Positions 1 to 11,073 of a stretch of DNA of 64,000 bases are shown piece after piece. A program made the position numbers and the translations under genes. The stretch is taken from NCBI RefSeq assembly GCF_003018255.1, contig NZ_CP027440.1, one strand, 5' to 3'. The stretch's first letter is position 1; each line of letters starts with the position of its first letter. The notes beneath the pieces were generated by a model that saw only the letters and a program-made list of their open reading frames with translations, was not told where the DNA came from and searched no databases. Source of the stretch: Escherichia coli. GTDB taxonomy: Bacteria > Pseudomonadota > Gammaproteobacteria > Enterobacterales > Enterobacteriaceae.

Positions 1-243
1 ATCTGCAACTTCCGTCTGGATTACGCTCCCATTGAGCAACAGTGGGATTTGCTCTTCGCTGATTACTTTGCCGAAGATCTCAAGCTGCTCGCCCCGTTAG
101 CAAAAGATGGGCTGGTGGATGTGGATGAGAAGGGAATACAGGTGACGGCGAAAGGTCGCTTGCTGATCCGCAACATTTGCATGTGCTTTGATACCTATCT
201 GCGCCAGAAAGCGCGGATGCAGCAGTTCTCTCGGGTGATTTAA
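1..243 (+). CDS. hemN: Oxygen-independent coproporphyrinogen III oxidase HemN, C-terminal part (5' end outside window)
   Basis: Frame open from base 1 to the stop at 241-243; ORF-track peptide ends ...QQFSRVI; position upstream of glnG as in E. coli. Confidence 0.75.
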   Translation: MCNFRLDYAPIEQQWDLLFADYFAEDLKLLAPLAKDGLVDVDEKGIQVTAKGRLLIRNICMCFDTYLRQKARMQQFSRVI

Positions 244-310
244 ATTGTGAATGGCGCTTCGTTTACAAAGTAGAAAACGAAAGCGCCATCAATGTGCTGA
301 GAACAAGATT

Positions 311-399
311 GCCTGATGCGCTACGCTTATCAGGCCTGCAAAATCTGTTGAAAATATTGCTTTTGTAGGCCGGATAAGGCGTTCACGCCGCATCCGGCA
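311..399. repeat. REP/BIME palindromic elements (gcctgatgcgctacgcttatcaggcc ... gtaggccggataaggcgttcacgccgcatccggca)
   Basis: Typical E. coli REP consensus read directly in the hemN-glnG intergenic region. Confidence 0.7.
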
Positions 400-432
400 T
401 GAACAAAGAGCACTTCATCAGCAATCTGAAAC

Positions 433-543
433 TCAACTAAACAGCCCAATCATCGCGGCACACAGCACGGCAGCAACAGCAGTTTGCGGTGTGTGGCTGT
501 CAACTGCGCCACTCGATACCAGATTAATTATTGATTCCAGCAT
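433..543 (-). CDS. yshB: Small protein, 36 aa (MLESIINLVSSGAVDSHTPQTAVAAVLCAAMIGLFS), YshB-like
   Basis: Hand-translated minus-strand ORF (ATG at 541-543, stop at 433-435), below the ORF-track length cutoff; identity from recollection of a small gene in this intergenic region. Confidence 0.4.
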   Translation of the reverse strand: MLESIINLVSSGAVDSHTPQTAVAAVLCAAMIGLFS

Positions 544-654
544 AATGACTCTCCCCGTTTTCCGGGCAAGATCATACTGAACTTATCGGAACAGTAAAGC
601 GCAAAACACCAGCAATTTGCGCTCAATAATCAATCTTTACACACAAGCCGTGAA

Positions 655-2064
655 TCACTCCATCCCCAGCTCTTTTAACTTCCGCGTCAGAGTGTTACGC
701 CCCCAGCCGAGTAGCCGCGCCGCTTCCTGTTTATGCCCTTGCGTATGTCGCAACGCGGTCGTCAGTAACGTCCGCTCCAGCTCAGGCTGCGCTTCGGAAA
801 GCAGATTTTGATGACCGGAACGCAGCGCTCTGTCTGCCCACTGCGCTAAAAGTGTCGCCCAACTGTCCGGTTGCATTTGAGAAGTACTCTCCGCAACCGT
901 TGATTCAAACAGTTCACCGGGCAAATCCTGAATCAACACTTCCTGCCCGGCGGCCATCACCGTTAGCCAGCGACAGGTGTTTTCCAGCTGGCGCACGTTC
1001 CCCGGCCACGCCAGGCGCGTCAGCGCGGCTTCGGTTTCCGGATGCAGCAACTTCGCTTCTACGCCCAGTTCGCGCGCGGCAACCTGTAAAAAATGGCGTG
1101 CCAGACGGGGAATATCTTCCCGACGCTCACGCAGTGGCGGCAGATGAACGCGGATGACGTTCAGGCGGTGGAACAGATCCTCACGGAACTTACCTTCCTG
1201 CACCCGCTGTTCAAGATTCTGGTGAGTGGCAGCGATAATCCGCACATCTACTTTCACCGGCGCATAGCCGCCAACGCGATAAAACTGACCATCTGCCAGT
1301 ACGCGCAGCAAACGCGTCTGCACATCCAGCGGCATATCGCCAATTTCATCGAGGAATAATGTGCCACCATCAGCCTGTTCAAAACGCCCCTGACGAATGG
1401 TATTCGCGCCGGTAAATGCGCCTTTCTCGTGACCAAACAGTTCGGATTCGATCAAATCCTTCGGGATAGCCGCCATATTGAGCGCGATAAACGGCGCTTT
1501 GGCTCGCGGACTGTGGCGATGCAGGGCATGAGCGACCAGTTCTTTACCGGTGCCGGACTCGCCGTTAATCAGCACGCTAATAGAAGAACGCGAAAGCCGA
1601 CCGATAATCCGGAACACGTCCTGCATGGCTGGCGCTTCACCGATGATATCGGTCGTTGGGCCGTTAAGCTGAACATTACGCGGCTGCTGCTGTTCCTGGT
1701 AATGACTGATGGCGCGCTCAACCAGCGCCACGGCTTCGTCGATATCAAACGGTTTGGGCAGATAATCAAATGCCCCTTGTTGATAGGCGCTGACGGCAGC
1801 ATCCAGATCGGAATGTGCGGTCATAATGATGACCGGAAGCATCGGATGGCGCTGTTTAATCTGCTTGAGCAGCGCCAGCCCGTCCATTCCCGGCATACGG
1901 ATATCTGAAAGCAGCACATCCGGCGTTTTGCTCGCCAGCGCCTCCAGTACCTCCGCGCCGTTCTCAAATGTTGTACAGGTTAAACCCGCTCCAGCGAGCG
2001 CACGTTCAAGCACCCAACGGATGGAACTATCGTCATCGACTACCCAGACTATCCCTCGTTGCAT
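655..2064 (-). CDS. glnG: Nitrogen regulation response regulator NtrC (NRI), sigma54 activator, 469 aa
   Basis: ORF 655..2124; start placed at internal Met ([23 protein letters not shown]...) giving 469 aa; receiver, AAA+ (GESGTGKE) and HTH domains. Confidence 0.93.
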   Translation of the reverse strand: MQRGIVWVVDDDSSIRWVLERALAGAGLTCTTFENGAEVLEALASKTPDVLLSDIRMPGMDGLALLKQIKQRHPMLPVIIMTAHSDLDAAVSAYQQGAFDYLPKPFDIDEAVALVERAISHYQEQQQPRNVQLNGPTTDIIGEAPAMQDVFRIIGRLSRSSISVLINGESGTGKELVAHALHRHSPRAKAPFIALNMAAIPKDLIESELFGHEKGAFTGANTIRQGRFEQADGGTLFLDEIGDMPLDVQTRLLRVLADGQFYRVGGYAPVKVDVRIIAATHQNLEQRVQEGKFREDLFHRLNVIRVHLPPLRERREDIPRLARHFLQVAARELGVEAKLLHPETEAALTRLAWPGNVRQLENTCRWLTVMAAGQEVLIQDLPGELFESTVAESTSQMQPDSWATLLAQWADRALRSGHQNLLSEAQPELERTLLTTALRHTQGHKQEAARLLGWGRNTLTRKLKELGME

Positions 2065-2075
2065 AAACGTCACCT

Positions 2076-3125
2076 TTATTTCCTGATAGGCAGGTAAACC
2101 GAGAACTCGGTATGACCTGGCCAACTGGTAAATTCAATTTTGCCTGAATGCTGATCAATCAAATTACGGGCGATGGATAAGCCAAGCCCGGTGCCACCTT
2201 CGCGGCCGCTGACCATCGGGTAAAACAGCGTATCCTGCAAATGAGGCGGAATACCTGGCCCGTTATCTTCCACATCAATTCGCGCCGCCAGCCGATAGCG
2301 CTCGCCGTGTAAGGTCAGTTGAAACGCTGTGCGGGTACGCAGAATGATTTCACCACCCTCCGGCCCCAGCGCCTGTAGCGCATTGCGCACAATATTCAGC
2401 AAGACCTGTTCAATTTGATCCGGGTCGTGCGCCAGTTCCGGCAGGCTGGGGTCGTAATCCCGAATCAACCGCACGTTGTCCGGCAGTTCCATCGACACCA
2501 GCGTCACCACGCGTTCAGCTACTTTATGAATACTTTCGGTAACGCGCGTACCGGGCAGTTGCGGTCCCAACAGACGGTCGACCAGATTTCGCAGCCGGTC
2601 CGCCTGTTCGATAATCACTTTGGTATATTCGAGTAGTGACGGGTCAGGTAATGCTTTGCTGAGCAGCTGCGCCGCGCCACGTAAACCGCCAAGCGGATTT
2701 TTAATCTCATGTGCCAGGCCGCGCACTAAATCACGGGCAGCAACCTGCTGGGCGTGCTGTAGCTGTTCCTGACTTAAGCGGCGCTGGTTATCCATCGGTG
2801 CCATCTCCAGCAGGATCATGCCGTCCGGCATACGCTGGGCCGTCACAGAAAGGATATGCGAGCGCCCGTCGATGACCAGCGTCACTTCGTTATCAGTAAA
2901 ACCTTGCCCCGCCTCCAGACTTTCTTGCATCAGCTCGATATTTAATGAGAAGTAGCTCAACAGTTCCGGTAACGGTGTACCAAACAATTTGCGGGAGCTT
3001 TGGGCGAGCAGTTGTTGCGCGGCGGGGTTGGCGTAATGGATCGCCAGGTTGTCATCGATTAACAAAATACTGTTAATCAGCGAGTTGAGGATCTGCCCAG
3101 CATCGGGCTGCGTGCCTGTTGCCAT
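2076..3125 (-). CDS. glnL: Nitrogen regulation sensor histidine kinase NtrB (NRII), 349 aa
   Basis: ORF-track peptide [25 protein letters not shown]... with H-box HEIKNPLGG; 11-nt gap to glnG. Confidence 0.93.
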
Positions 3126-3213
3126 AAAGCAGTCTCCTGAACAGGTTGCACCATTTTAGTGCATTATAGCTTTTTACGGATAAAAAGCGCGAAGCATCAG
3201 AGAATTGACGGAG

Positions 3214-3238
3214 AAAAAAGCCCATGCAGAGATGGGCT
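3214..3238 (-). terminator. Rho-independent terminator of glnA (hairpin gcccatctctgcatgggc followed by a T-run on the minus strand)
   Basis: Plus-strand aaaaaag-cccatgcagagatgggc read at 3214-3237. Confidence 0.6.
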
Positions 3239-3298
3239 GAAAGTTTCCACGGCAACTAAATCCCGGCGTTGTTGCGCCGGGTAGTACAACTTCAACTA
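3214..3298 (-). ncRNA. glnZ: glnA 3'UTR, candidate 3'UTR-derived sRNA (GlnZ-like)
   Basis: Region between the glnA stop and its terminator; 3'UTR-derived sRNAs from glnA are described in enterobacteria; no structure-level confirmation here. Confidence 0.3.
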
Positions 3299-4708
3299 TT
3301 AGACGCTGTAGTACAGCTCAAACTCTACCGGGTGCGGAGTCATACGCACGCGGTCATCTTCTTCGCGACGCAGAGCGATGTACGCATCGATCGCTTCATC
3401 AGTGAACACGCCACCGGCTTTCAGGAACTCACGGTCCAGATCCAGTTCGTTCAGTGCTTCTTCCAGAGAACCAGCAACCTGTGGGATCTCTTTCGCTTCT
3501 TCCGGCGGCAGGTCATACAGGTTTTTGTCCATCGCTTCGCCCGGATGGATCTTGTTCTTGATACCGTCAAGACCGGCCATCAGCAGGGCAGCAAAGCACA
3601 GGTACGGGTTAGCCGCCGGGTCCGGGAAACGTACTTCGATACGACGTGCTTTCGGAGAAGAAACCACTGGAATACGGATAGACGCAGAACGGTTACGCGC
3701 AGAGTAAGCCAGCATTACCGGTGCTTCGTAGCCCGGGACCAGACGCTTGTAAGAGTTGGTGGTCGGGTTTGCCAGGGCGTTAATCGCTTTCGCGTGTTTG
3801 ATGACGCCGCCAATGTAGTACAGCGCCTGTTCAGACAGACCTGCATATTTGTCGCCCGCGAACAGGTTAACGCCATTTTTAGCCAGCGACATATGGCAGT
3901 GCATACCGGAGCCGTTATCACCGAACATCGGTTTTGGCATAAAGGTCGCGGTTTTACCGAAGCGGTGCGCTACGTTGTGCACAACATATTTGTAGATCTG
4001 AATTTCGTCAGCTTTTTTGGTCATGGTATTGAAGCGGGTAGCCACTTCGTTCTGACCAGCAGTCGCTACTTCGTGGTGATGGGCTTCAACCACCAGACCC
4101 ATCTGTTCCATCACCAGACACATTTCAGAACGAATATCCTGAGCAGAGTCTACCGGCGGAACCGGGAAGTAACCGCCTTTCACTGCCGGACGGTGACCTT
4201 TGTTACCACCTTCGTATTGGGTGGAGGAGTTCCATGCGCCTTCGATATCGTCGATAGCAACGTGAGAACCGGAGATAGATGATCCGAAACGGATGTCATC
4301 GAACAGGAAGAATTCAGGTTCTGGCCCGAACAGTACGGTGTCGGCAATGCCAGTGGAACGCAGGTAATCTTCGGCGCGCTTCGCAATAGAGCGCGGGTCA
4401 CGGTCATAGCCTTGCAGGGTGCCAGGTTCAAGGATGTCGCAACGGATAATCAGGGTAGAATCGGCGAAGAACGGGTCAATCACTGCGGTGGATGCGTCTG
4501 GCATCAGCACCATGTCGGATTCGTTAATGCCTTTCCAGCCGCCAATCGAGGAGCCGTCAAACATTTTGCCTTCTTCGAAGAATTCAGCATTCACCTGATG
4601 AGCAGGGATAGTGACGTGCTGTTCTTTACCTTTGGTATCGGTGAAGCGCAAATCAACAAACTTCACTTCGTGCTCGTTCAGCATCGTCAGTACGTGTTCA
4701 GCGGACAT
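3299..4708 (-). CDS. glnA: Glutamine synthetase, 469 aa
   Basis: ORF-track peptide [35 protein letters not shown]...; ATG read at 4706-4708. Confidence 0.97.
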   Translation of the reverse strand: MSAEHVLTMLNEHEVKFVDLRFTDTKGKEQHVTIPAHQVNAEFFEEGKMFDGSSIGGWKGINESDMVLMPDASTAVIDPFFADSTLIIRCDILEPGTLQGYDRDPRSIAKRAEDYLRSTGIADTVLFGPEPEFFLFDDIRFGSSISGSHVAIDDIEGAWNSSTQYEGGNKGHRPAVKGGYFPVPPVDSAQDIRSEMCLVMEQMGLVVEAHHHEVATAGQNEVATRFNTMTKKADEIQIYKYVVHNVAHRFGKTATFMPKPMFGDNGSGMHCHMSLAKNGVNLFAGDKYAGLSEQALYYIGGVIKHAKAINALANPTTNSYKRLVPGYEAPVMLAYSARNRSASIRIPVVSSPKARRIEVRFPDPAANPYLCFAALLMAGLDGIKNKIHPGEAMDKNLYDLPPEEAKEIPQVAGSLEEALNELDLDREFLKAGGVFTDEAIDAYIALRREEDDRVRMTPHPVEFELYYSV

Positions 4709-4791
4709 ACTTTAACTCTCCTGGATTGGTCATGGTCGTCGTGGTAACGAAATCTGCAATTATTTTGGCCGTGTCGCCGTAAAAAAGATAA

Positions 4792-4808
4792 AGCGAAAAC
4801 TGTGCCAA
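4792..4808 (-). promoter_or_regulatory. glnAp2 sigma54 promoter (-24/-12 element TTGGCACagtttTCGCTT on the minus strand)
   Basis: Plus-strand aagcgaaaactgtgccaa at 4791-4808 is the reverse complement of the GG-N10-GC sigma54 consensus, about 85 nt upstream of the glnA ATG. Confidence 0.75.
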
Positions 4809-4860
4809 CTTTTAAATTGCCCCTAAAAGGCGTTATCATGCTTAACATCGTGCAAAAGGG

Positions 4861-4929
4861 CTGCACCATGATGTGAATGTTGCACCAATATAGTGCTTCA
4901 ATGGAAACATTAAGCACCATATTGGTGCA
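4861..4929. promoter_or_regulatory. NtrC (NRI) upstream activator sites for glnAp2
   Basis: TGCACC...GGTGCA-type dyads read at 4881-4896 (tgcaccaatatagtgc) and 4914-4929 (gcaccatattggtgca), plus a further tgcacc repeat from 4861. Confidence 0.65.
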
Positions 4930-5080
4930 ATGACCTTTGGATAACCCTTTTTATGCTCCGTGAAAGCGATCACAAAGGGACTCTGCAATACTTGTTTGCG
5001 GAGGATGTTTGTGATCCTGTTTTGTAGTGCGATTAATCCGTGTACAATAACGCGCTATTTCTAATGCCTGAGGCAAAGTT

Positions 5081-6904
5081 GTGATCGAAAAATTGCGTAA
5101 TATCGCCATCATCGCGCACGTAGACCATGGTAAAACCACCCTGGTAGACAAGCTGCTCCAACAATCCGGTACGTTCGACTCTCGTGCCGAAACCCAAGAG
5201 CGCGTGATGGACTCCAACGATTTGGAGAAAGAGCGTGGGATTACCATCCTCGCGAAAAACACCGCTATCAAATGGAATGATTACCGTATCAACATCGTTG
5301 ATACCCCGGGGCACGCCGACTTCGGTGGTGAAGTTGAACGTGTAATGTCCATGGTAGACTCAGTGCTGCTGGTGGTTGACGCATTTGACGGCCCGATGCC
5401 GCAAACGCGCTTCGTAACCAAAAAAGCGTTTGCTTACGGCCTGAAGCCGATTGTTGTTATCAACAAAGTTGACCGCCCTGGCGCGCGTCCTGATTGGGTT
5501 GTGGATCAGGTATTCGATCTGTTCGTTAACCTCGACGCGACCGACGAGCAGCTGGACTTCCCGATCGTTTACGCTTCTGCGCTGAACGGTATCGCGGGTC
5601 TGGACCACGAAGATATGGCGGAAGACATGACCCCGCTGTATCAGGCGATTGTTGACCACGTTCCTGCGCCGGACGTTGACCTTGACGGTCCGTTCCAGAT
5701 GCAGATTTCTCAGCTCGATTACAACAGCTATGTTGGCGTTATCGGCATTGGCCGCATCAAGCGCGGTAAAGTGAAGCCGAACCAGCAGGTTACTATCATC
5801 GATAGCGAAGGCAAAACCCGCAACGCGAAAGTCGGTAAAGTGCTGGGCCACCTCGGTCTGGAACGTATCGAAACCGATCTGGCGGAAGCTGGCGATATCG
5901 TGGCGATCACGGGCCTGGGCGAACTGAACATTTCTGACACCGTTTGCGACACGCAAAACGTTGAAGCGCTGCCGGCACTCTCCGTTGATGAGCCGACCGT
6001 TTCTATGTTCTTCTGCGTTAACACCTCGCCGTTCTGCGGTAAAGAAGGTAAGTTCGTAACGTCTCGTCAGATCCTGGATCGTCTGAACAAAGAACTGGTA
6101 CACAACGTTGCGCTGCGCGTAGAAGAAACCGAAGACGCCGATGCGTTCCGCGTTTCTGGTCGTGGCGAACTGCACCTGTCTGTTCTTATCGAAAACATGC
6201 GTCGTGAAGGTTTCGAACTGGCGGTATCCCGTCCGAAAGTAATCTTCCGTGAAATCGACGGTCGTAAACAAGAGCCGTATGAAAACGTGACGCTGGACGT
6301 TGAAGAACAGCATCAGGGTTCTGTGATGCAGGCGCTGGGCGAACGTAAAGGCGACCTGAAAAACATGAATCCAGACGGTAAAGGCCGCGTACGTCTCGAC
6401 TACGTGATCCCAAGCCGTGGTCTGATTGGCTTCCGTTCTGAGTTCATGACCATGACTTCCGGTACTGGTCTGCTGTACTCCACCTTCAGCCACTACGACG
6501 ACGTACGTCCGGGCGAAGTGGGTCAGCGTCAGAACGGTGTACTGATCTCTAACGGTCAGGGTAAAGCGGTCGCGTTCGCGCTGTTCGGTCTGCAGGATCG
6601 CGGTAAGCTGTTCCTCGGTCACGGTGCAGAAGTTTACGAAGGTCAGATTATCGGTATTCATAGCCGCTCTAACGACCTGACTGTAAACTGCCTGACCGGT
6701 AAGAAACTGACCAACATGCGTGCTTCCGGTACTGACGAAGCCGTTGTTCTGGTTCCGCCTATCCGCATGACTCTGGAACAAGCTCTGGAGTTCATCGATG
6801 ATGACGAACTGGTAGAAGTGACTCCGACCTCTATCCGTATTCGTAAACGTCACCTGACGGAAAACGATCGTCGTCGCGCCAACCGCGCACCGAAAGACGA
6901 TTAA
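5081..6904 (+). CDS. typA: Ribosome-dependent translational GTPase TypA/BipA, 607 aa, GTG start
   Basis: ORF-track peptide (V)[25 protein letters not shown]...; gtg read at 5081. Confidence 0.96.
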   Translation: MIEKLRNIAIIAHVDHGKTTLVDKLLQQSGTFDSRAETQERVMDSNDLEKERGITILAKNTAIKWNDYRINIVDTPGHADFGGEVERVMSMVDSVLLVVDAFDGPMPQTRFVTKKAFAYGLKPIVVINKVDRPGARPDWVVDQVFDLFVNLDATDEQLDFPIVYASALNGIAGLDHEDMAEDMTPLYQAIVDHVPAPDVDLDGPFQMQISQLDYNSYVGVIGIGRIKRGKVKPNQQVTIIDSEGKTRNAKVGKVLGHLGLERIETDLAEAGDIVAITGLGELNISDTVCDTQNVEALPALSVDEPTVSMFFCVNTSPFCGKEGKFVTSRQILDRLNKELVHNVALRVEETEDADAFRVSGRGELHLSVLIENMRREGFELAVSRPKVIFREIDGRKQEPYENVTLDVEEQHQGSVMQALGERKGDLKNMNPDGKGRVRLDYVIPSRGLIGFRSEFMTMTSGTGLLYSTFSHYDDVRPGEVGQRQNGVLISNGQGKAVAFALFGLQDRGKLFLGHGAEVYEGQIIGIHSRSNDLTVNCLTGKKLTNMRASGTDEAVVLVPPIRMTLEQALEFIDDDELVEVTPTSIRIRKRHLTENDRRRANRAPKDD

Positions 6905-6927
6905 TTTCGCTTTTCAGTCATAAAAAA

Positions 6928-6954
6928 CCTGCCATCGCTGGCAGGTTTTTTTTT
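6928..6954 (+). terminator. Rho-independent terminator of typA (cctgccatcgctggcagg plus T9)
   Basis: Hairpin and T-run read directly downstream of the typA stop. Confidence 0.8.
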
Positions 6955-7120
6955 ACCTGTCGTGAGCGCACACCAATGCGAGTATCTCCCTTATAAGTCT
7001 GTGATTACGTCAATAGAGAGCTTTGTCACAATTATCTGCAAAGTCATACGCCGTTAATTGCTTTCTTTTTTGGCGTAAGCGTAAGATGCCTCATCTGGTT
7101 TAAACCAAAAGGATTAAACA

Positions 7121-7831
7121 ATGGCGGAGAATCAATCCACCGTAGAAAATGCAAAAGAGAAACTGGATCGGTGGTTGAAAGATGGCATCACCACGCCGGG
7201 TGGAAAACTCCCTTCAGAAAGAGAGCTGGGAGAACTGCTGGGCATTAAACGTATGACGCTGCGCCAGGCGTTGTTGAACCTCGAGGCAGAATCCAAAATC
7301 TTCCGTAAGGATCGTAAAGGGTGGTTCGTGACCCAGCCGCGATTTAATTACAGTCCAGAGCTGTCGGCGAGCTTTCAGCGGGCTGCAATTGAGCAAGGGC
7401 GGGAGCCTTCCTGGGGGTTTACCGAGAAAAGCCGTACCAGAGATATTCCCGAGACGCTCGTGCCACTGATTACAGTGACACCATCAACTGAACTCTATCG
7501 CATCACCGGCTGGGGAGCGCTGGAAGGACATAAAGTTTTCTATCACGAAACATATATTAATCCTGAAGTTGCCCCGGGTTTTATTGAACAACTTGAAAAC
7601 CACTCATTTTCTGCAGTCTGGGAAAAGTGCTACCAAAAAGAGACGGTAGTAAAAAAATTGATTTTCAAACCCGTCAGAATGCCGGGCGATATCAGCAAGT
7701 ATCTTGGCGGTTCTGCGGGTATGCCAGCGATCTTAATTGAAAAGCATCGCGCCGACCAGCAAGGCAATATTGTCCAGATAGATATTGAATATTGGCGATT
7801 TGAGGCCGTAGACCTCATCATTAATCTGTAG
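7121..7831 (+). CDS. yihL: GntR-family transcriptional regulator, 236 aa
   Basis: N-terminal winged-HTH (SERELGELLGIKRMTLRQAL); matches K-12 YihL in length and position. Confidence 0.85.
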   Translation: MAENQSTVENAKEKLDRWLKDGITTPGGKLPSERELGELLGIKRMTLRQALLNLEAESKIFRKDRKGWFVTQPRFNYSPELSASFQRAAIEQGREPSWGFTEKSRTRDIPETLVPLITVTPSTELYRITGWGALEGHKVFYHETYINPEVAPGFIEQLENHSFSAVWEKCYQKETVVKKLIFKPVRMPGDISKYLGGSAGMPAILIEKHRADQQGNIVQIDIEYWRFEAVDLIINL

Positions 7832-7838
7832 GTGTTTT

Positions 7839-8819
7839 ATGGTGACAATAAATAACGCAAGAAAGATTCTACAACGTGTCGACACTCTTCCTCTTTATTT
7901 ACATGCTTATGCCTTTCATTTAAATATGCGGCTGGAAAGAGTGTTGCCTGCTGATTTACTTGATATCGCAAGTGAAAATAATCTACGTGGCGTCAAAATC
8001 CATGTTCTGGATGGCGAGCGTTTTTCTCTTGGTAATATGGACGATAAAGAACTCTCTGCCTTTGGGGATAAAGCCCGCCGTCTGAACCTTGATATTCATA
8101 TTGAAACCAGCGCTTCAGATAAGGCATCTATTGACGAAGCCGTCGCCATTGCGTTGAAAACTGGGGCATCGTCCGTACGTTTTTATCCACGTTATGAAGG
8201 TAATTTGCGCGACGTATTATCGATCATCGCTAACGACATTGCCTATGTACGGGAAACGTATCAGGACAGCGGCCTGACTTTTACGATCGAACAGCATGAA
8301 GATTTAAAAAGCCATGAGCTGGTGTCGCTGGTCAAAGAAAGTGAGATGGAATCTCTTTCCTTACTGTTTGATTTTGCGAACATGATCAATGCAAATGAGC
8401 ATCCCATCGACGCTTTAAAAACGATGGCACCGCATATTACCCAGGTCCATATCAAAGATGCCTTGATCGTTAAAGAAGAGGGTGGCCTGGGTCATAAAGC
8501 CTGTATTTCAGGTCAGGGTGATATGCCGTTCAAAGCGTTATTAACGCACCTTATCTGCCTGGGTGATGATGAGCCGCAGGTGACGGCATATGGCCTGGAA
8601 GAAGAGGTTGATTACTATGCGCCGGCGTTCCGCTTTGAAGACGAAGATGATAATCCGTGGATCCCTTATCGCCAGATGAGTGAAACACCATTGCCAGAAA
8701 ATCATTTACTGGATGCGCGGTTACGTAAAGAAAAAGAAGATGCAATTAATCAGATAAATCATGTGCGTAATGTACTACAACAAATCAAACAAGAGGCAAA
8801 CCATCTTCTGAACAACTAA
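7839..8819 (+). CDS. yihM: Sugar-phosphate isomerase/epimerase (xylose-isomerase-like TIM barrel) family protein, 326 aa
   Basis: ORF-track peptide; position and length match K-12 YihM. Confidence 0.8.
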   Translation: MVTINNARKILQRVDTLPLYLHAYAFHLNMRLERVLPADLLDIASENNLRGVKIHVLDGERFSLGNMDDKELSAFGDKARRLNLDIHIETSASDKASIDEAVAIALKTGASSVRFYPRYEGNLRDVLSIIANDIAYVRETYQDSGLTFTIEQHEDLKSHELVSLVKESEMESLSLLFDFANMINANEHPIDALKTMAPHITQVHIKDALIVKEEGGLGHKACISGQGDMPFKALLTHLICLGDDEPQVTAYGLEEEVDYYAPAFRFEDEDDNPWIPYRQMSETPLPENHLLDARLRKEKEDAINQINHVRNVLQQIKQEANHLLNN

Positions 8820-8920
8820 TAAGTTTTAACTCATACGCTGTTAATAAAACCATTCCATATGAATGGTCGGTATCTTATTGCCTTTAAAACAGTGATTTTA
8901 AAAATCGCTTAGGGGATGTT

Positions 8921-10186
8921 ATGCTCACGAAAAAGAAATGGGCGTTATTTAGTCTATTAACATTGTGTGGCGGTACAATTTATAAATTACCGTCTCTGAA
9001 AGATGCGTTTTATATCCCGATGCAGGAATATTTCCATTTGACCAATGGTCAAATTGGTAATGCTATGTCGGTAAACTCATTTGTCACCACAGTGGGCTTT
9101 TTTCTGTCTATTTATTTTGCCGATAAACTACCGCGCAGATACACCATGTCATTCTCACTCATTGCGACAGGATTACTGGGTGTTTATTTGACGACAATGC
9201 CGGGGTATTGGGGCATCCTCTTTGTCTGGGCGCTATTTGGCGTTACTTGCGACATGATGAACTGGCCGGTCTTGCTCAAGTCGGTAAGTCGATTGGGCAA
9301 TAGCGAACAACAAGGTCGGTTGTTTGGCTTCTTCGAAACAGGGCGTGGCATTGTCGATACCGTGGTGGCATTTTCTGCGTTGGCAGTATTTACCTGGTTT
9401 GGCAGTGGCTTATTGGGTTTTAAAGCAGGCATCTGGTTCTATTCCCTTATTGTGATTGCCGTAGGCATTATCATTTTCTTTGTCCTGAATGACAAAGAAG
9501 AGGCACCGTCCGTTGAGGTGAAAAAAGAAGACGGAGCATCGCAAAACACCAGTATGACCTCGGTGCTGAGAGATAAAACCATCTGGCTTATCGCTTTCAA
9601 CGTCTTCTTCGTTTACGCGGTTTACTGTGGCCTAACATTCTTCATTCCATTCCTGAAAAACATCTATCTATTGCCCGTTGCTCTGGTGGGGGCTTACGGC
9701 ATCATTAACCAATACTGTCTGAAAATGATTGGAGGACCGATTGGTGGCATGATTTCAGATAAGATCCTGAAATCGCCGAGTAAATATCTATGCTACACCT
9801 TTATCATAAGTACCGCTGCGCTCGTACTGTTGATTATGCTGCCGCACGAAAGTATGCCGGTCTATTTAGGGATGGCATGTACGCTGGGCTTTGGCGCTAT
9901 AGTCTTCACACAGCGAGCCGTATTTTTTGCACCTATCGGCGAAGCAAAAATTGCTGAAAATAAAACAGGCGCGGCGATGGCGTTGGGTAGCTTTATTGGT
10001 TACGCCCCGGCGATGTTCTGCTTCAGTCTGTATGGCTACATTCTGGATTTAAATCCGGGGATTATTGGCTACAAAATCGTGTTTGGCATTATGGCCTGCT
10101 TCGCATTCTGTGGTGCGGTGGTTTCCGTAATGCTGGTTAAGCGTATTAGCCAACGTAAGAAAGAGATGCTGGCGGCTGAAGCTTAA
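8921..10186 (+). CDS. yihN: MFS transporter, 421 aa
   Basis: Polytopic membrane protein; position and length match K-12 YihN. Confidence 0.85.
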   Translation: MLTKKKWALFSLLTLCGGTIYKLPSLKDAFYIPMQEYFHLTNGQIGNAMSVNSFVTTVGFFLSIYFADKLPRRYTMSFSLIATGLLGVYLTTMPGYWGILFVWALFGVTCDMMNWPVLLKSVSRLGNSEQQGRLFGFFETGRGIVDTVVAFSALAVFTWFGSGLLGFKAGIWFYSLIVIAVGIIIFFVLNDKEEAPSVEVKKEDGASQNTSMTSVLRDKTIWLIAFNVFFVYAVYCGLTFFIPFLKNIYLLPVALVGAYGIINQYCLKMIGGPIGGMISDKILKSPSKYLCYTFIISTAALVLLIMLPHESMPVYLGMACTLGFGAIVFTQRAVFFAPIGEAKIAENKTGAAMALGSFIGYAPAMFCFSLYGYILDLNPGIIGYKIVFGIMACFAFCGAVVSVMLVKRISQRKKEMLAAEA

Positions 10187-10245
10187 TTAGTGGCCGGATG
10201 TGCTTAATCCGGCCAACGAAAACCGTATCAACCGAAGTTTCAATT

Positions 10246-11034
10246 TCAGGATACTTCTTGCTCGGCAACCACCAGTTCAACATTCTCTTCACTTAACAAC
10301 TGGCAGAAAGAATTGGGAGGCGGGGCATCAGTAAAAAAAGCCCTGACATTCCGTGCATTGCCAATTGAAACGGCAGCAGACGCGGTAAACTTCGTATGAT
10401 CGGCCACTAACAATGTATTCCGCGCATGTTTAATCATCGTTCTCGCGACTAACGCTTCATTGACATCAAATTCCAGTAGGGTGCCGTCATGTTCAATGGC
10501 ACCTATACTGGTGATTAAATAATCTGCGCGGAAGCCTTCAATAAAATCCACGGCTCCTGGGCCGATAATCCCACCGTTATGAGCGCGTAAAGTGCCTCCC
10601 GGCACCATCACTTCAATATCCTGATTCTTATAAAGAATCTGTGCCACACGCAGGCTATTAGTGATAATGCGTAAATCACGCCGGTTGAGTAATGCCCTGG
10701 CAACGGCTTCTACGGTTGTACCGATGGTGATAAAGACGGTACAGCGTTCGGGAAGGTAATCGGCGACTGCCTCAGCGATCGCCCGTTTCTCGGCGGTGAG
10801 CGAAAGTTCCCGTTGCTCAAAAGCGGTATTCATGACGCTGGAGACGCGCCCGGCCCCTCCATGATGACGGGTGATCAAGCCCTGCTCACTGAGTTTTCGG
10901 ATATCCCGGCGCACGGTTTGCGTTGAAACATCCAGCAGTTGTGCCAGTTCTTCAATATTCATATAACCGCGTTCTGCGATTAGATGAACGAGTTGGTCAT
11001 GGCGTGGATTACCTGTCACTTCGATGATACTCAT
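10246..11034 (-). CDS. DeoR-family transcriptional regulator (YihW/CsqR-like), 262 aa
   Basis: N-terminal HTH (IEELAQLLDVSTQTVRRDIRKL) and DeoR C-terminal sugar-phosphate-binding domain; ATG read at 11032-11034 with upstream RBS. Confidence 0.8.
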   Translation of the reverse strand: MSIIEVTGNPRHDQLVHLIAERGYMNIEELAQLLDVSTQTVRRDIRKLSEQGLITRHHGGAGRVSSVMNTAFEQRELSLTAEKRAIAEAVADYLPERCTVFITIGTTVEAVARALLNRRDLRIITNSLRVAQILYKNQDIEVMVPGGTLRAHNGGIIGPGAVDFIEGFRADYLITSIGAIEHDGTLLEFDVNEALVARTMIKHARNTLLVADHTKFTASAAVSIGNARNVRAFFTDAPPPNSFCQLLSEENVELVVAEQEVS

Positions 11035-11073
11035 GAATACTCCCTTGCCCCTCCTCGGTAGATGTTTACCATT

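Noticed and set aside
3269-4282. 337-aa plus-strand ORF overlapping glnA
   Set aside because: Antisense shadow ORF of glnA with no recognisable domain
5360-6853. 497-aa minus-strand ORF inside typA
   Set aside because: Entirely antisense to a well-recognised conserved gene; low-complexity R/V/T-rich translation typical of a shadow frame
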